64,000 bases of DNA from NCBI RefSeq assembly GCF_035594765.1, contig NC_085846.1, forward strand, positions 20,943,190 to 21,007,189, in the 5' to 3' direction. Of this stretch, positions 48,526 through 60,815 are shown one piece after another (the stretch's first letter is position 1; each line of letters begins with the position of its first letter). Position numbers and translations under genes: made by a program. The stretch comes from Anolis carolinensis (lineage: Eukaryota). The notes beneath the pieces were generated by a model that searched no databases, was not told the origin of the DNA, and saw only the letters and a program-made list of their open reading frames with translations.

Positions 48526-50065
48526 TATTGTTCAAAAGTTATATCCTTAAACATGAAAACAGGAACACAAAAAAGGCAAAACCTCCAAGAACATGAAGTC
48601 ATAAACAGGAATCAAACCAAGAATCTTGAAGTACATGAATTAGGATTAGAAACCAGGAGTTGTTTCCCTTTTTTACAACGTTGTTCCTACTATAGGTCTG
48701 AGAGCCCAGAAACCACTTAAAGGGCCTCAATTCCTCCCATGACATCACTTCACACACACCTGCTTTTTCTTTCCATATCTCTAAGCCTCTGAGAAAATAA
48801 GTTTGTCTTTATTTTACGTTCTGCCACCTAGTTTCAAGGTGACTTGATCTGGAAAAACCTTTGTCTCCCACATTCTCCTCTAAAGGCCACTCTGGCCTAT
48901 TCTCATGGGAACTGATATCACTTTCTCCCGTTGCCTAAAAGCAGTCTGGAGTTTCCAAAACATCACTCTCCAAGCCCCTGATATCTTCCACAGACTCCTC
49001 AGACATTACAGATTGCAACCCATCATCCCCTTCCTCATCCTCTAAGCACTAACAAAGCACACCCAATGCTTGCCAGGCTACAACAGCATGTCCCAAAGGA
49101 TGGAGTCTCAATGTATGCACATATAACCTCTTCATTTTAATTTGCCACTAAATCTGCTTTAGTTTATTGAATTAAAGTGGGCCCCTACTTGTCTTTTGAC
49201 TTAAGCAGTACAATTTTTATTAGTCATTGATTACCATGTATAGGAAAGTCTTGTTTATATTTGGAAAGATCACCAAATTGCCTTTAACAAATGTAAAATT
49301 CTCCTAGACTTTATAAGTGGATCAGACATGCACACAGTATTAAACCTGCAGTCCAGGTATATTGGGAATGAGATGAGAGTGTTATCCTTGTATGTGTGGA
49401 GGAGTCCTTTCTTGTTCAGCCCTCAGACTGCAAACAGATGGTGCTTCATAGAGATTTATATAGACGAAGCCTATGAATTAAAACAATATGGCTTTATAAG
49501 GAATATAAAAAGAAACACACTTACTTCTTTACAACTAGCAAATTTATTGTGACATAATGTTGGGTGGGTCCACTTTACAGGTGCTGGCTGCAATTCTGTT
49601 ATGTGTGCCAATGACCCTTTTCAGTTGCTCATACATTATGATGATATCAGTGCTGAGATCCATTGTGATACTCCAAGTGTTTCAATGCTGTTCTAATCAT
49701 GACATATCCGGATATAGAGATGTAGCTGTAGTAGAGGAAGGATCAAATTTTAAGATGAAACCCTGTATACAAAAAAGCAACTCTCAATTTGGAAGAGTGG
49801 GAAGCATCTGCACTGTAAAATTAATGTGGTATGACATTGCTTTGCCTGCCATGACTCAGTGCTAAGAAGAAACCATGGTCATTGTAGTTTGTGAAATACT
49901 AGCATTCTTTGACAGTGATGACTAAAGACCATCTAAAACTATAGATCCCATAACTCTATTGCATTGAGTCATGGCAGTTAAAGTGGCATCAAACTGTATT
50001 AACTATGCAGATGCATGAAAAATGTGTTTTTCTGGTGTCCCTTTTTCAGCATATTGGGCTATCTC

Positions 50066-50356
50066 CAGGCATGTAGCCAGGAGGGGGGGGGGGCTTGAGG
50101 GGCTTTAGCCCCCCCCCCCCCCCAAATTCTCAGGGTGGTCTGCAAGAAGGCCTTACATTTATTATTTAAACTGTTATGTTTATTCATATCATGATTTGAT
50201 CACCATGCTCAATATATCCCATATGCATGGGGGTATTGGGACGACTATACAAAAGGTTTGCTAGGGCAGATCTTCTCTCACTCAAACCCAGCCCCCCCCC
50301 CAAAAAAACCCCAAAATCCCAGCCTCTCTCAAACCAAAATCCTGGCTCCAGGCCTG
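50066..50356. mobile_element. hAT MITE with G/C homopolymer runs
   Basis: Perfect 8-bp TSD gctatctc (50058-50065, 50357-50364); imperfect TIR caggcatgtagccagga / tcctggctccaggcctg. Confidence 0.88.
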
Positions 50357-50639
50357 GCTATCTCTATTAACTCAACCTCTTCTAATCAAGCTCTGGAGGG
50401 GAAACCAGAGCAGAATACTGAGGTTATTCTGACCTTTGCCTGCCTTCTCCTGTGGTTGACCAGGGATTGAAGTGCATTCAGCCAAAAGGTCCAGTCATTC
50501 TCTGGATAGGAAGATGATCTCCAAGCAGTTTTTCAGCCAGATAGTTGTGACAAAATCCTTATAATCATATGGCTCATAGAATGAGTGTTAGGAAAAATCT
50601 GGTCTACCACTAAAAAATAGTTTTACATTCTGCTACACA

Positions 50640-51163
50640 TTTTATGTGCCATTTTGCCAATTTGTTTCCAGGCCCAATTCTAGGTGCTGGTTTTAACCTA
50701 TAAAGCCCTACATGGCTTCGATCCAGACACCATGTCACCTTATACAAACCAACCAAACAGCTAAGATCCAGAGGGGAGACCTTGGTATTGGCCCAGACAC
50801 CTTCTGGCATGCAGTTTAAGAGGACCAGGGAGAGCTCATTTTCAGGGGTGGCTCCTGCACTATGGAACACACTGCCTGAAGCATTAGGTTCGACTCTTTC
50901 TTTAGTGGCATTCTGGAAGGGTGTGAAGACGTTCCTTTTCAAGAAAGCATTTAATTAAGCCAAATAAGTGTTAAAGCTCTAGGTTTTTATCTTGCTTTTA
51001 ATGTTCACACCGTTTTAATTGTGTTTGCTATTTCAAATATATATGTTTTAATGAGTTGTTTAAACTTTGTATTGTATGTCTTCATTCTTTTGTAACCACC
51101 TTGAGTCTGTGTTTAGAGAAAGGCGAGATACAAATTTCTCAAATAAAATAAATAATAAATAAA
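50640..51163 (+). mobile_element. Degenerate L2 LINE 3' end
   Basis: caattctaggtgctggttttaacctataaagcccta...tggaac...(TAAA)n; similar relics at 55613-56165 (+) and about 58250-58800 (-). Confidence 0.65.
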
Positions 51164-51515
51164 TATGTGTTCAATCGGGTTTAGAAATACCATTTACAGT
51201 GCGTTTCAGTTGCACAGGTGCAGTGACATCAGCATCTACATCACAGAAAATACATTGAAAGCCATTAATATTAAAACACCTTTAAATTGATAACTGAACA
51301 CAATTCACTTGGCATTAATATGAGTAACTTGACAAAATGAATGCATTTCACCTAGTGTTACAATGCAGATAATGCCAACATGACTTAAAGAGAAAAACAG
51401 CCAACTCAGGGAACGGATGCAGTGGAATGGTGATACTATGCTTTGGAAGAAATTGCTGTATATGCCACAAATGATTTTTGGCTACTATCAACCATGATTT
51501 TTATTACATTATGGT

Positions 51516-52165
51516 AATAATGAAACATGCAGAATCATCACGGGATGCCTTAAACCTACACCTGTTGATAAACTCTACAAGTTAGCTGGCATTGCCCCTC
51601 CTAACGTGCGACGGGAAGTTGCTGCTAACGGTGAGAGAAAAAAGGTCGAACATTGCGAAAGTCACCCACTGCATGACTATCAGCCTCCTCCCACCAGACT
51701 CAAATCAAGGAAGGACTTCATGAGAACCACCACTCCTCTTGATGTTCCTCCAGCAACAGCAAGGGTGTCTCTCTGGGCAGCTAAACCTGGCAATTCTAAC
51801 TGGATGGCCCCCCAAGAGGGTCTTCCTCCAGGGGCAAACCAAGAATGGGCAACTTGGAAGTCCCTGAACAGACTCAGAAGTGGAGTGGGCAGATCAAAAG
51901 ACAACTTGGCAAGGTGGCACTACCTGGAGGAATCCTCCACCTTGTGTGACTGTGGAGCAGAACAAACAACTCCGCATATGTATGCTTGCCCACAGTGCCC
52001 TGCATCATGTACGGAAAAGGAGTTGTTTAAAGCTACAGACAATGTGGTTGCTGTTGCCCGCTTTTGGTCCAAAACTATTTAGTTGCTTGTGATTTCTTTT
52101 TCTTTTCTTTTTTCCATTATTTGAAATGTATTTGTTGTACAATGCTTTTGACACGAAATAAATAA
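51516..52165 (+). mobile_element. 5'-truncated Vingi/Ingi-like LINE
   Basis: ETCRIITGCLKPTP..LAGIAPP..RLKSR..WKSLNRLRSGVGR..CDCGAEQTTPHMYACP; (TAAA)n tail; 13-bp TSD attacattatggt (51503-51515, 52166-52178). Confidence 0.85.
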
Positions 52166-52823
52166 ATTACATTATGGTTAAGATGGATTCATTGTTCTAA
52201 TGTAGCAAACTGGTCTGAAAGTTTTAAGTGATCAGAAACAAGAATTAACTTTTCACTAGGGATATAATTCTTGACTAAGATGTTTCTAGAATATAGAGAT
52301 GAGCAATTTCAGCAATTCTTTGCTCTCTGTGAGAAAGTCTTTGAAAACCATTCAGTTTTCAGATTCTATTCACATTTCAGAACTTACTCTTTGCAAAAAT
52401 CACACATGATTGTTCCCTTTAGAAAATGACCTCTTCTGCATTAAAAAATAATATTAACTTCTGGACAAAACATATAATTTTCTGTGTAGAGAAACCATGT
52501 TATCTATGCAGACCAATTAGATATGACTTTTACATAGAATAAATCCGGCATTACTGCATTTTCTGCACAGAAAACAGCATACAGTATATATATATTGTTC
52601 CAGGATTAATATTTCTGTGTTGAAATATTATTTTCTACCCCCTCCCCACAAATCTGTTTGGTTCACAAAAAAAATCTACATACAAATCTTATACATAGTA
52701 AGCCCTGAACTATGAAGATTTTCATCAATCCAGATTCCATCTCGACAGAATTTCCCAATATTAAAGTAGTCATCATTTTATACCATTTCCAGACTATTTC
52801 CAAGTATTTATCCCATATTTATT

Positions 52824-52878
<55 letters not shown>

Positions 52879-52880
<2 letters not shown>

Positions 52881-52962
52881 AGAATTTTGTGTGATGGGAC
52901 ACAGATATTGTATGTATGTGTAAAATGATACAATATCTGTGTCCCATCACACAAAATTCTTA
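52879..52962. repeat. Perfect 35-bp inverted repeat with a 14-nt spacer
   Basis: 52879-52913 is the exact reverse complement of 52928-52962; abuts (CA)n(TA)n at 52827-52880. Confidence 0.95.
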
Positions 52963-53315
52963 CCCATTTTAGAGCTGGTTTTAAACATGCACTTTCATTG
53001 CACCTTATGAACAGGTTTTTCAGTTAAGAGTATCCATATCACTTAATTTCATTTCAAATGTATTGTTTTTGGCTCCAGAAGTTAAGCCACAGCCACAGAG
53101 TAATGAAAAATGAACTTGTACTGATTAAATATTTTATTTCACCTTTTTATAATCTGTCTATAGTTTTGTGCCATGGTCATGTTAACTGCCTTTGGCTACC
53201 AAGCAAAATTAGCTTTTCAGGATTAATTCAAAAAATGTCACCATACTGTCTTTCCCACATTAATAACACATTAATCACATAAAAGAAATGTCTACTTTGA
53301 AGAATCTTTATTTAA

Positions 53316-54254
53316 TCAGATATTGAAATTAAAGATTTTGGAAGTCATCCTTCTTCTCAGAGCGTCATTTATCTCCTTACTTCTCAAACTGTAAATAATG
53401 GGATTGAGTGTTGGGGTGATGGTAGAATAAAGCAGAGCTAAAAATTTATCAGTTTCAAGACTGTAGCTAGATGGGGGTCTCAGGTACATCGTACTTGCAG
53501 ACCCATAAAACAAAATGATGACAATGAGGTGTGAGGAACAGGTGGAGAAAGCCTTCTGCCTACCCTTTGAAGTTGTGATTTTCAGGATCGTGGTGATTAT
53601 GTGTACATAGGAACCTAGAATCAGCAAAAATGGAAACAGAGTAATTAATAGTCCCGCCATGAAAACAGTGATTTTATTGATAGTTGTATCTCCACAAGCG
53701 AGCCTCAGTAGTGGGGGAATGTCACAGAAAAAATAGTTTATGTGGTTGTCCTCACAGAAAGGCAGAGTAAATATGAAGCTTGTCTGTCCCAATGAAAGTG
53801 TCATCCCACTGGCCCATGATCCAGCCACTAGCCAGGTGCATAGCTGCTTACTCATGATGGACGAATAGCGCAGAGGGTTGCAGATGGCCAAGAAGCGGTC
53901 ATATGCCATGGCAGCTAGAAGAAAGCATTCTGTGGTTCCCAGGAAGAGAAGGAAATACAGTTGGGCAGCACAACCAATGAAAGAGATGGTCTTGTCTTTT
54001 GAAAGAAAATTTGCCAACATCTTTGGGGTCGTGACAGATGTGTAGCAGATATCCACTAAAGAGAGACTGGCAATGAAATAGCACATTGGTGTGTGAAGAG
54101 AAGAATCAAGTCTGATAGTGATAAATATTAGGGCATTCCCCAGCAGGGACATAGTATACATAATGAAAAATAAAATGAAAAGCATACCTTGCATCTCTAC
54201 ATTGCCAGAAAATCCTAAAATGACAAATCCTATACTTTTGTTCTGGCCTTCCAT
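53316..54254 (-). CDS. Olfactory receptor, intact, 312 aa
   Basis: QNKSIGFVILGF, LHTPMCYF, MAYDRFLAICNPLRY, KAFSTCSSHL, PTLNPIIYSLRS. Confidence 0.96.
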   Translation of the reverse strand: MEGQNKSIGFVILGFSGNVEMQGMLFILFFIMYTMSLLGNALIFITIRLDSSLHTPMCYFIASLSLVDICYTSVTTPKMLANFLSKDKTISFIGCAAQLYFLLFLGTTECFLLAAMAYDRFLAICNPLRYSSIMSKQLCTWLVAGSWASGMTLSLGQTSFIFTLPFCEDNHINYFFCDIPPLLRLACGDTTINKITVFMAGLLITLFPFLLILGSYVHIITTILKITTSKGRQKAFSTCSSHLIVIILFYGSASTMYLRPPSSYSLETDKFLALLYSTITPTLNPIIYSLRSKEINDALRRRMTSKIFNFNI

Positions 54255-54390
54255 GTGCTAGGATTCCTTGCCTAGAAGTAACAACAAAGAGGTGAAAGAT
54301 AACTTCTGTGAAACAGAAGTTATGAATTTTATATTTTAAACCATTTGGTCATGAATGTTATGTATAAATGCATAAATTATATTCATGCAA

Positions 54391-54443
<53 letters not shown>

Positions 54444-54766
54444 CAGTAGAGTCTCACTTATCCAACATAAACGGGCTAGCAGAATGTTGGATAAGTGAAT
54501 ATGTTGGATAATAAGGAGGCATTAAGGAAAAGCCTATTAAACATTAAATTAGGTTATGATTTTACAAATGAAGCACCAAAACATCATGTTAGACAACAAA
54601 TTTGGCAGAAAAAGTAGTTCTATACGCAGTAATGCTCTGTAGTAATTACTGTATTTATGAATTTAGCACCAAAATGTCACGATATATTGAAAACATTGAC
54701 TCCAAAAATGCGTTGGATAATCCATAATGTTGGATAAGCGAGTGTTGGATAAATGAGACTCTACTG
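54444..54766. mobile_element. Tigger/pogo-type MITE, 323 bp, inside (TA)n
   Basis: TIRs plus TA TSD. Confidence 0.92.
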
Positions 54767-54768
54767 TA

Positions 54769-54811
<43 letters not shown>

Positions 54812-56997
54812 CAATTATTATTTTGAGAATAATGTATCAATATTGACCAAAACCTCAGAATGCATTTGAATAAAACACCTCAAATATTGTAGACCTGCAA
54901 ATATTAACCCAATAAAAACCAGAGCATTAATACTGAGCACCTCTACACCAGAAAACTACCACATGGTTCTCTACATGCTTGGGATAGTTGCCCCTATTGA
55001 ATTTCGCCAGTATAGATAAGGGGTACTTTCACAAATTTCTTCCTATCTCAAATAATTCACAAGAAAAGAAAAATGTTGGATTCATTCATTGTAAATATAA
55101 ACATGTATCCCCCATTTATTTGATTATCAACCATTCACATGTATGTTAATTAACAGATATTTTTTTTTTGATATCAGCAAGATTCATTACTAAATGTTTA
55201 AGTTGATGGTAAGTGTCAGGAAAAATGTATGCCAAAATTGATAGAATATCTCCTTTGAAATTGTCCATTTTTAGATAACTTCATTTTTCAAAGCACCAAA
55301 ATCTAGCCATAAAAAAAAAACATTTCCTATCAGACAGCTAATCCAATCTATAAACAGCATTTTCCTACCTTCTCAGTTCTGTGGAGGATTTTCAACTACT
55401 ATATCATCTACAAAAAGATTGTCTAAATGTACATAAAAAAGCTTCTCACTATACTAGTCATTATACCTTTGCTTCAGACACCTTTATTATCGCTGAACAT
55501 CTGAAGGGAGATGACATCCAGAAGGAGGAGGAGAGAGTAGTATCATGGGCATTACATCATTGTTCCTTCTTGACTGTACAATTGCTCATCTGTATACTGT
55601 TATCTTCTCTGTAGTGGCCCCCCGGCTCTGGAACTCCCTCCCCAGGGAGATTAGACAAGCACCCACCCTGTCAGCCTTCAAAAAACAATTAAAAACCTGG
55701 CTCTTCCAGTGTGCCTTCAAATAATTATCCCCCATGACAGACCCCTTCCTAAAGGAATATTGATTTATTTTGCACTTTACTCTGCTCCTGTGTTAGAAAA
55801 AAACTGACCTCATACCCCACCCCAAATTCTTGCAGAGGACATTTCAGCACTTTGTCCAGGCACTTTATAAAGTGTCCCATAACTATACATAATGGCACTT
55901 TGTCTTGACCGTCCCCTCCCCATTTTAACCATTAGTTAAATGTTGCCATATGTCATTTTATCATATTATTTTACTATGACTGAGTTATATTGTTTTATTG
56001 TGTTTTAATCTGCTTCATTTTATCTGTTTGTTGATACTGTTTATATATGCTTTTAATCTTCTTTATGTTTTGTCTTTGGGCTTGGCCCTATGTTAGCCGC
56101 CCCGAGTCCCTTTGGGGAGATGGGGGCGGGATATAAAAATAGAGTATTATTATTTATTATTATTATCCATTTATATCAGTTATAACCAATACATTTCTTC
56201 CAGATGTTTTGTATTGTAGGAAACACCACTGCTAACTGCATGATTGGGGGACTCCTATTTAGTCCCATGGCTATAGTGCTGTAGGGTTCAACATCTAAAT
56301 CAAGCTTCTGAAACAGGCCATTAGTGTTTTGGAAGTTGGGTGACATCAGGATGTTGATGACAGTCATAGCTGCTTCTCTGTCATTTGTCTCAGCCAGGGA
56401 TGTGAAGGTGCTGGAACAGTGCCTAAATGCAGTTGCACTCCTCTTGAAGGAGCAAGTGTGCTGTCTGGAAATACTCCTCGGGTGCACCTATACTGCAGAA
56501 TTAATACCAATTGACGCTACTTTAACTGCCATGGCTCCATACTATGGAACCCTGGGAGTTGTAATTTGGTGATGCACCAGTGTTCTTTAGCAGTCAAGGT
56601 CCAGAACCTTGGGAAACTACAACTCTCATGATTCCATAGCATGGAGCCACTGCAGTTAAAAATGGTGTCAAAATGCATTAATTCTGCACCCTTAGATCCA
56701 TCCTTGTCACTAGAGATTCAGATAGACTCAGCTATGACTATCTAGGGCAGGTGACCTACCTACTTCCTAGACAGAGATGGTTTAGCCACAGTAGTCCACA
56801 CAGTGGTACTTCTCTGTTAGACTAGAGCCAACTAAAATAATGAAGCCACTTCATTATTTGATCTCCCACATGGTGGCAGCAGCATTATAAGATGGCTAGG
56901 CAGTTAGCAAAACTACCTCTGAGTTTGCCATGGCAATGAAACCCCTATGAAAAATTCAGGCAACTTGAGGTACTCACTTGTGCAGATAACAGAGGTA

Positions 56998-57319
56998 CAG
57001 TAGAGTCTCACTTATCCAACATAAACGGGCCGGCAGAATGTTGGATAAGCAAATATGTTGGATAATAAGGAGGAATTAAGGAAAAGCCTATTAAACATCA
57101 AATTAGGTTATGATTTTACAAATTAAGCACCAAGCATCATGTTATAAAACAAATTTGACAGAAAAGGTAGTTAAATACGCAGTAATGCTATGTAGTAATT
57201 ACTGTATTTACTAATTTAGCACCAAAGTATCACGCTGTATTGAAAACATTGACTACAAAAATGCGTTGGATAATCCAGAACGTTGGATAAGCGAGTGTTG
57301 GATAAATGAGACTCTACTG
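56998..57319. mobile_element. Tigger/pogo-type MITE
   Basis: TIRs plus TA TSD. Confidence 0.92.
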
Positions 57320-59837
57320 TAGTAGGAGAGCTCTTGCTGACCTTGTTCTTGAAGTTGGCACCGTCAACACCCCCCCCCCCCCACCAAGATTAAATGTTCC
57401 CCATTTTCATTGGTCCATAGAATAATCTATTAATTGAAATACTCCTGCTATCAGTTGCAGCTCAGCTCTGAGACTGGTTGTAGTAGGAACCAGATTACTA
57501 ATATTATAAAGTGGAGTTTATTTGTGGAGTTGGCAGCAATAGAAGTGATCTTCTGGACAGGGGAAATTTAGTAGTACTAATAGGGTAATGTTTTATTTAA
57601 ATCTGGAATTTCCCAAGAGCTCTTCAGTATGGTAAACTCAATTACCCAGTCATGAAAAGGTCATATATATTACTGGCCTATTGGCTACTGTACATAGTAT
57701 ATAATTAATTACAAAGTGAGCTGTGAAGCACAATTGGTAACATTAGCACGTCCCCACCCATGTTGTGCAATCCCTCCTATAGACTTGTATTGTTGGAGGA
57801 GACTCTCCACTTCTTTAGAAGAATTGTTTCCTTGTTTTGGTGTGATGCCAGCATGCTGCCAGTATGAAGTCTGCTGGAGCCCATGAAATGATGCAGGGCT
57901 ATTTCAGGTGGATCTCCATGTCAGCAACGTGTTCTCACTGAAGAAGCCAGGACTGTACGGAAACATTGTGGGATGTCAGCCCACAATGGTAGGGGGACAA
58001 AGCTGGACGCTGCTCCACAGTTTTCCATGCTGTTCCCAGCTGACCCAGGCTTCTGGACCTCCATGTCATGAGGTTCTAACACAAGTCCCCTGTGTGAGGG
58101 GGCAATAGGTGGATCATATTTATTACTATTATGTGACTTCAGGCCACAGTCTAATAAAAATTTTAAAACAATACATTTTTTTAAAAAATGACAATTTAAT
58201 GTTTGTGTCATGTCTACAAAGTTAAAAATACAATAAAAATACAATAAATAAAATCAAACTCAAATGTAAAGCTCACCATTGCTTACATGACACAATCCAA
58301 TAAAATTTCAAAAATAGTTACAAGAAATACAATTAAAATGACCTTCAAAATCCATCATTCTCTGCCCTGAAAAATCCTACCCACAACCTCTCCAGCAGCC
58401 TGCTTCATATTATTCTGTACATGCCTGGCAGCAGAGAGATGTCTTGACCTGCCTGTGAAAGGCTAGCTGGGGTGGTGCCCTCCTAACCTCTCCCTTTGAA
58501 GAGAGCTCCAAAGTCTGGGTTGAGCAGCCACCGAAAAAGCCCTGTCCCTTTTTCCCACCAAAAGAGCCTGAGAGGGACAGAGTGGGACAGAGAGATGGCC
58601 CTCCTCAGACCTTAGATTTCTAATAGGCTTATAGAAAGAGGTACAGTCCTTCAAATATCCTGGACCCAGGCCATATAGAGCTTTCTAGGTCCAAACCAGC
58701 ACTTTGAATTATGCCCGGCAATGGCTTGGCAGCCCGTGGAGCTTTGTAACAGGGGAGTGATATGTTCCCTGCAGCCATTACCCAGTTTATTACCTGGTTG
58801 CTGCCCTACAGCGACCTCATGGATTTTTTTCCAGAAGGGCTTTTTATGTGAAGGAGACTCAGAGGTGGTTTGACCAATTCCTTCCTCTGAAATAGAACCC
58901 ACAGGCTTTGCTATCCTATGGTAGTCCTTCTGGGTTTGGGAAAGGGTCCCTTTGGGGGACTGCCGCTCCCAATGGCTGGGGGATTTTGGAGTGGCAATTC
59001 AAAAAAGCACATTCCCCCGTACTCTGGAAGTTCTTCCCTGCAGCATTTGTGAATCTATAAGTAACCAAAAAAAAAAAAACTCATGCTTTGGCAACCCCTG
59101 GTTCTACACTTGTTGCTTTGGCTGCCCTTTAAAGGGCACAACTTTATGTTATGGCTTTTAAATGCAATTTATATTAGTTCACACAAACACTGTCCATTCA
59201 TCTGCCAGTGGCTTGGTCCATCTGTCAAATTTTAAAACACAATGCGGCCCCTGTGCCAAAAAGTTTTCCCATGCCTGTTCTATGAGATGTCCTCTTCAGC
59301 AAAACCTCCCTGCTCCTGATTGTCATATCAACGCTTGCTTACAGAAAGGAGTTGAAACATCACCCTCCGTGCCCCAATTTCAAGATGAACAGACCTCTTT
59401 TCCTGCTATCATAAGTTTCTGGCTGCTAAAAAAAAGGTTTGCAGGATGGCTTTTCAAATTTTTATCATGAGCACAAATACTGATCAGTTCCAAGTCTGTT
59501 AGTTTAGCTTACACATCAATAACTGTTTGATAGAATGGCAATCATAGTTTTTAAGATCTGACCAGGACAAAAGACACAGGAATTTTTAACTCAAAGGAGT
59601 CAATGAATGTTCAAATACCATCACTGTCAACCATCACTTCTAACTTCTAACCCATAAATATGTATGGGCTAGCCCTTTTATTTGTTTTCCTTTCAAAAGA
59701 AATTGAGTGTAGTTGAAAGGAATCAAGAGGGCACTGATGATGCCTGCAACTACACAAATCAAAATGAACTATAAATTGAAAAGAAAAAGAAGACAGAAAA
59801 AACAGAAAAGAGCAGACTTGTACATTATTTACATTTT

Positions 59838-60815
59838 CTATCTTTTAAAAGCTGACTTTCTGAAATATGACAACTTTCCAAAAATCCTATTCATGGCTTC
59901 TTTCACTTCCTTGTTTCTGAGACTGTAGATAAGTGGATTGAGCAAGGGAGTCAGGACAGTGTGGGGAAGTGAAAATTCCTTTCTTAGGTGACGCCAATAT
60001 CTGGAATGGGGCAGCAGATAGATAACCATCAGTGTACCATAATACAAAGCAACCACAATGAGATGTGAGGAACAGGTAGAGAATGCCTTTTGCCTCCCTG
60101 AGGTTGATGGGATTCTAATGATAGTAACAATAATAAAAACATAAGATGACAAGGTAAGAGCAAAGGGAGGGAAAGTGAATACAGAGGCATATATGAAGGA
60201 CTGTAGTTCAACAAAATGGGTATCGCTGCAAGAAATATCACTGATATCAGGAACAATATCACAAAAAAAGTGATCGATTTTGTTGGGGCCACAGAAAGAC
60301 ATCTGAGACAATTTCACAATTAAGCTTGTGCTAAACAAAATACCGCTTATCCAAGACAAAGCTGCTAACTGAAAGCTCAGCCTGGCATTCATTAGAGTCC
60401 AATAGTGGAGTGGCTTACATATTGCCAAGTACCTGTCATAAGACATCATAGCTAAAAGGTAGCATTCAGTCCCTACCAAGCAAGAAATGATGTGAAACTG
60501 CACAAAACATGCTTTTACAGATATACTTCTCTCCTCAGTCAAGAGATCAGACAACATTTTTGGCAGGATGTTAGCACTATAGCAGGTTTCCAAGAAAGAC
60601 AGGTTTCCCAAGAAGAAGTACATAGGGGTATGAAGATGATTGTCAACCACAACCAACACAAAGATGAGAAGGTTTCCAGCCATGGTCACTAAGTAGATCA
60701 CCAAGAAAAACAAGAAGAGTGGAACTTGGAGGCTTTGAAGATCTCCAAATCCCATTAGTATGAATTCAGATGTTATAGTCTGATTTTGCCATTTTTTGTT
60801 TGGTGTTTGCTGCAT
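59838..60815 (-). CDS. Olfactory receptor, intact, 325 aa
   Basis: ATG directly after acceptor ccttcag; WQNQTITSEFILMGF, LHTPMYFFL, MSYDRYLAIC, KAFSTCSSHL, PLLNPLIYSLRN. Confidence 0.95.
   Translation of the reverse strand: MQQTPNKKWQNQTITSEFILMGFGDLQSLQVPLFLFFLVIYLVTMAGNLLIFVLVVVDNHLHTPMYFFLGNLSFLETCYSANILPKMLSDLLTEERSISVKACFVQFHIISCLVGTECYLLAMMSYDRYLAICKPLHYWTLMNARLSFQLAALSWISGILFSTSLIVKLSQMSFCGPNKIDHFFCDIVPDISDISCSDTHFVELQSFIYASVFTFPPFALTLSSYVFIIVTIIRIPSTSGRQKAFSTCSSHLIVVALYYGTLMVIYLLPHSRYWRHLRKEFSLPHTVLTPLLNPLIYSLRNKEVKEAMNRIFGKLSYFRKSAFKR

Noticed and set aside
54299-54323. 11-bp hairpin near an OR acceptor
   Set aside because: Short and AT-rich; compatible with chance in 64 kb.
56925-56936. 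RFX X-box-like palindrome TTGCCATGGCAA upstream of an OR
   Set aside because: Embedded in what looks like a degenerate SINE 3' region; a single short motif is not supportable.
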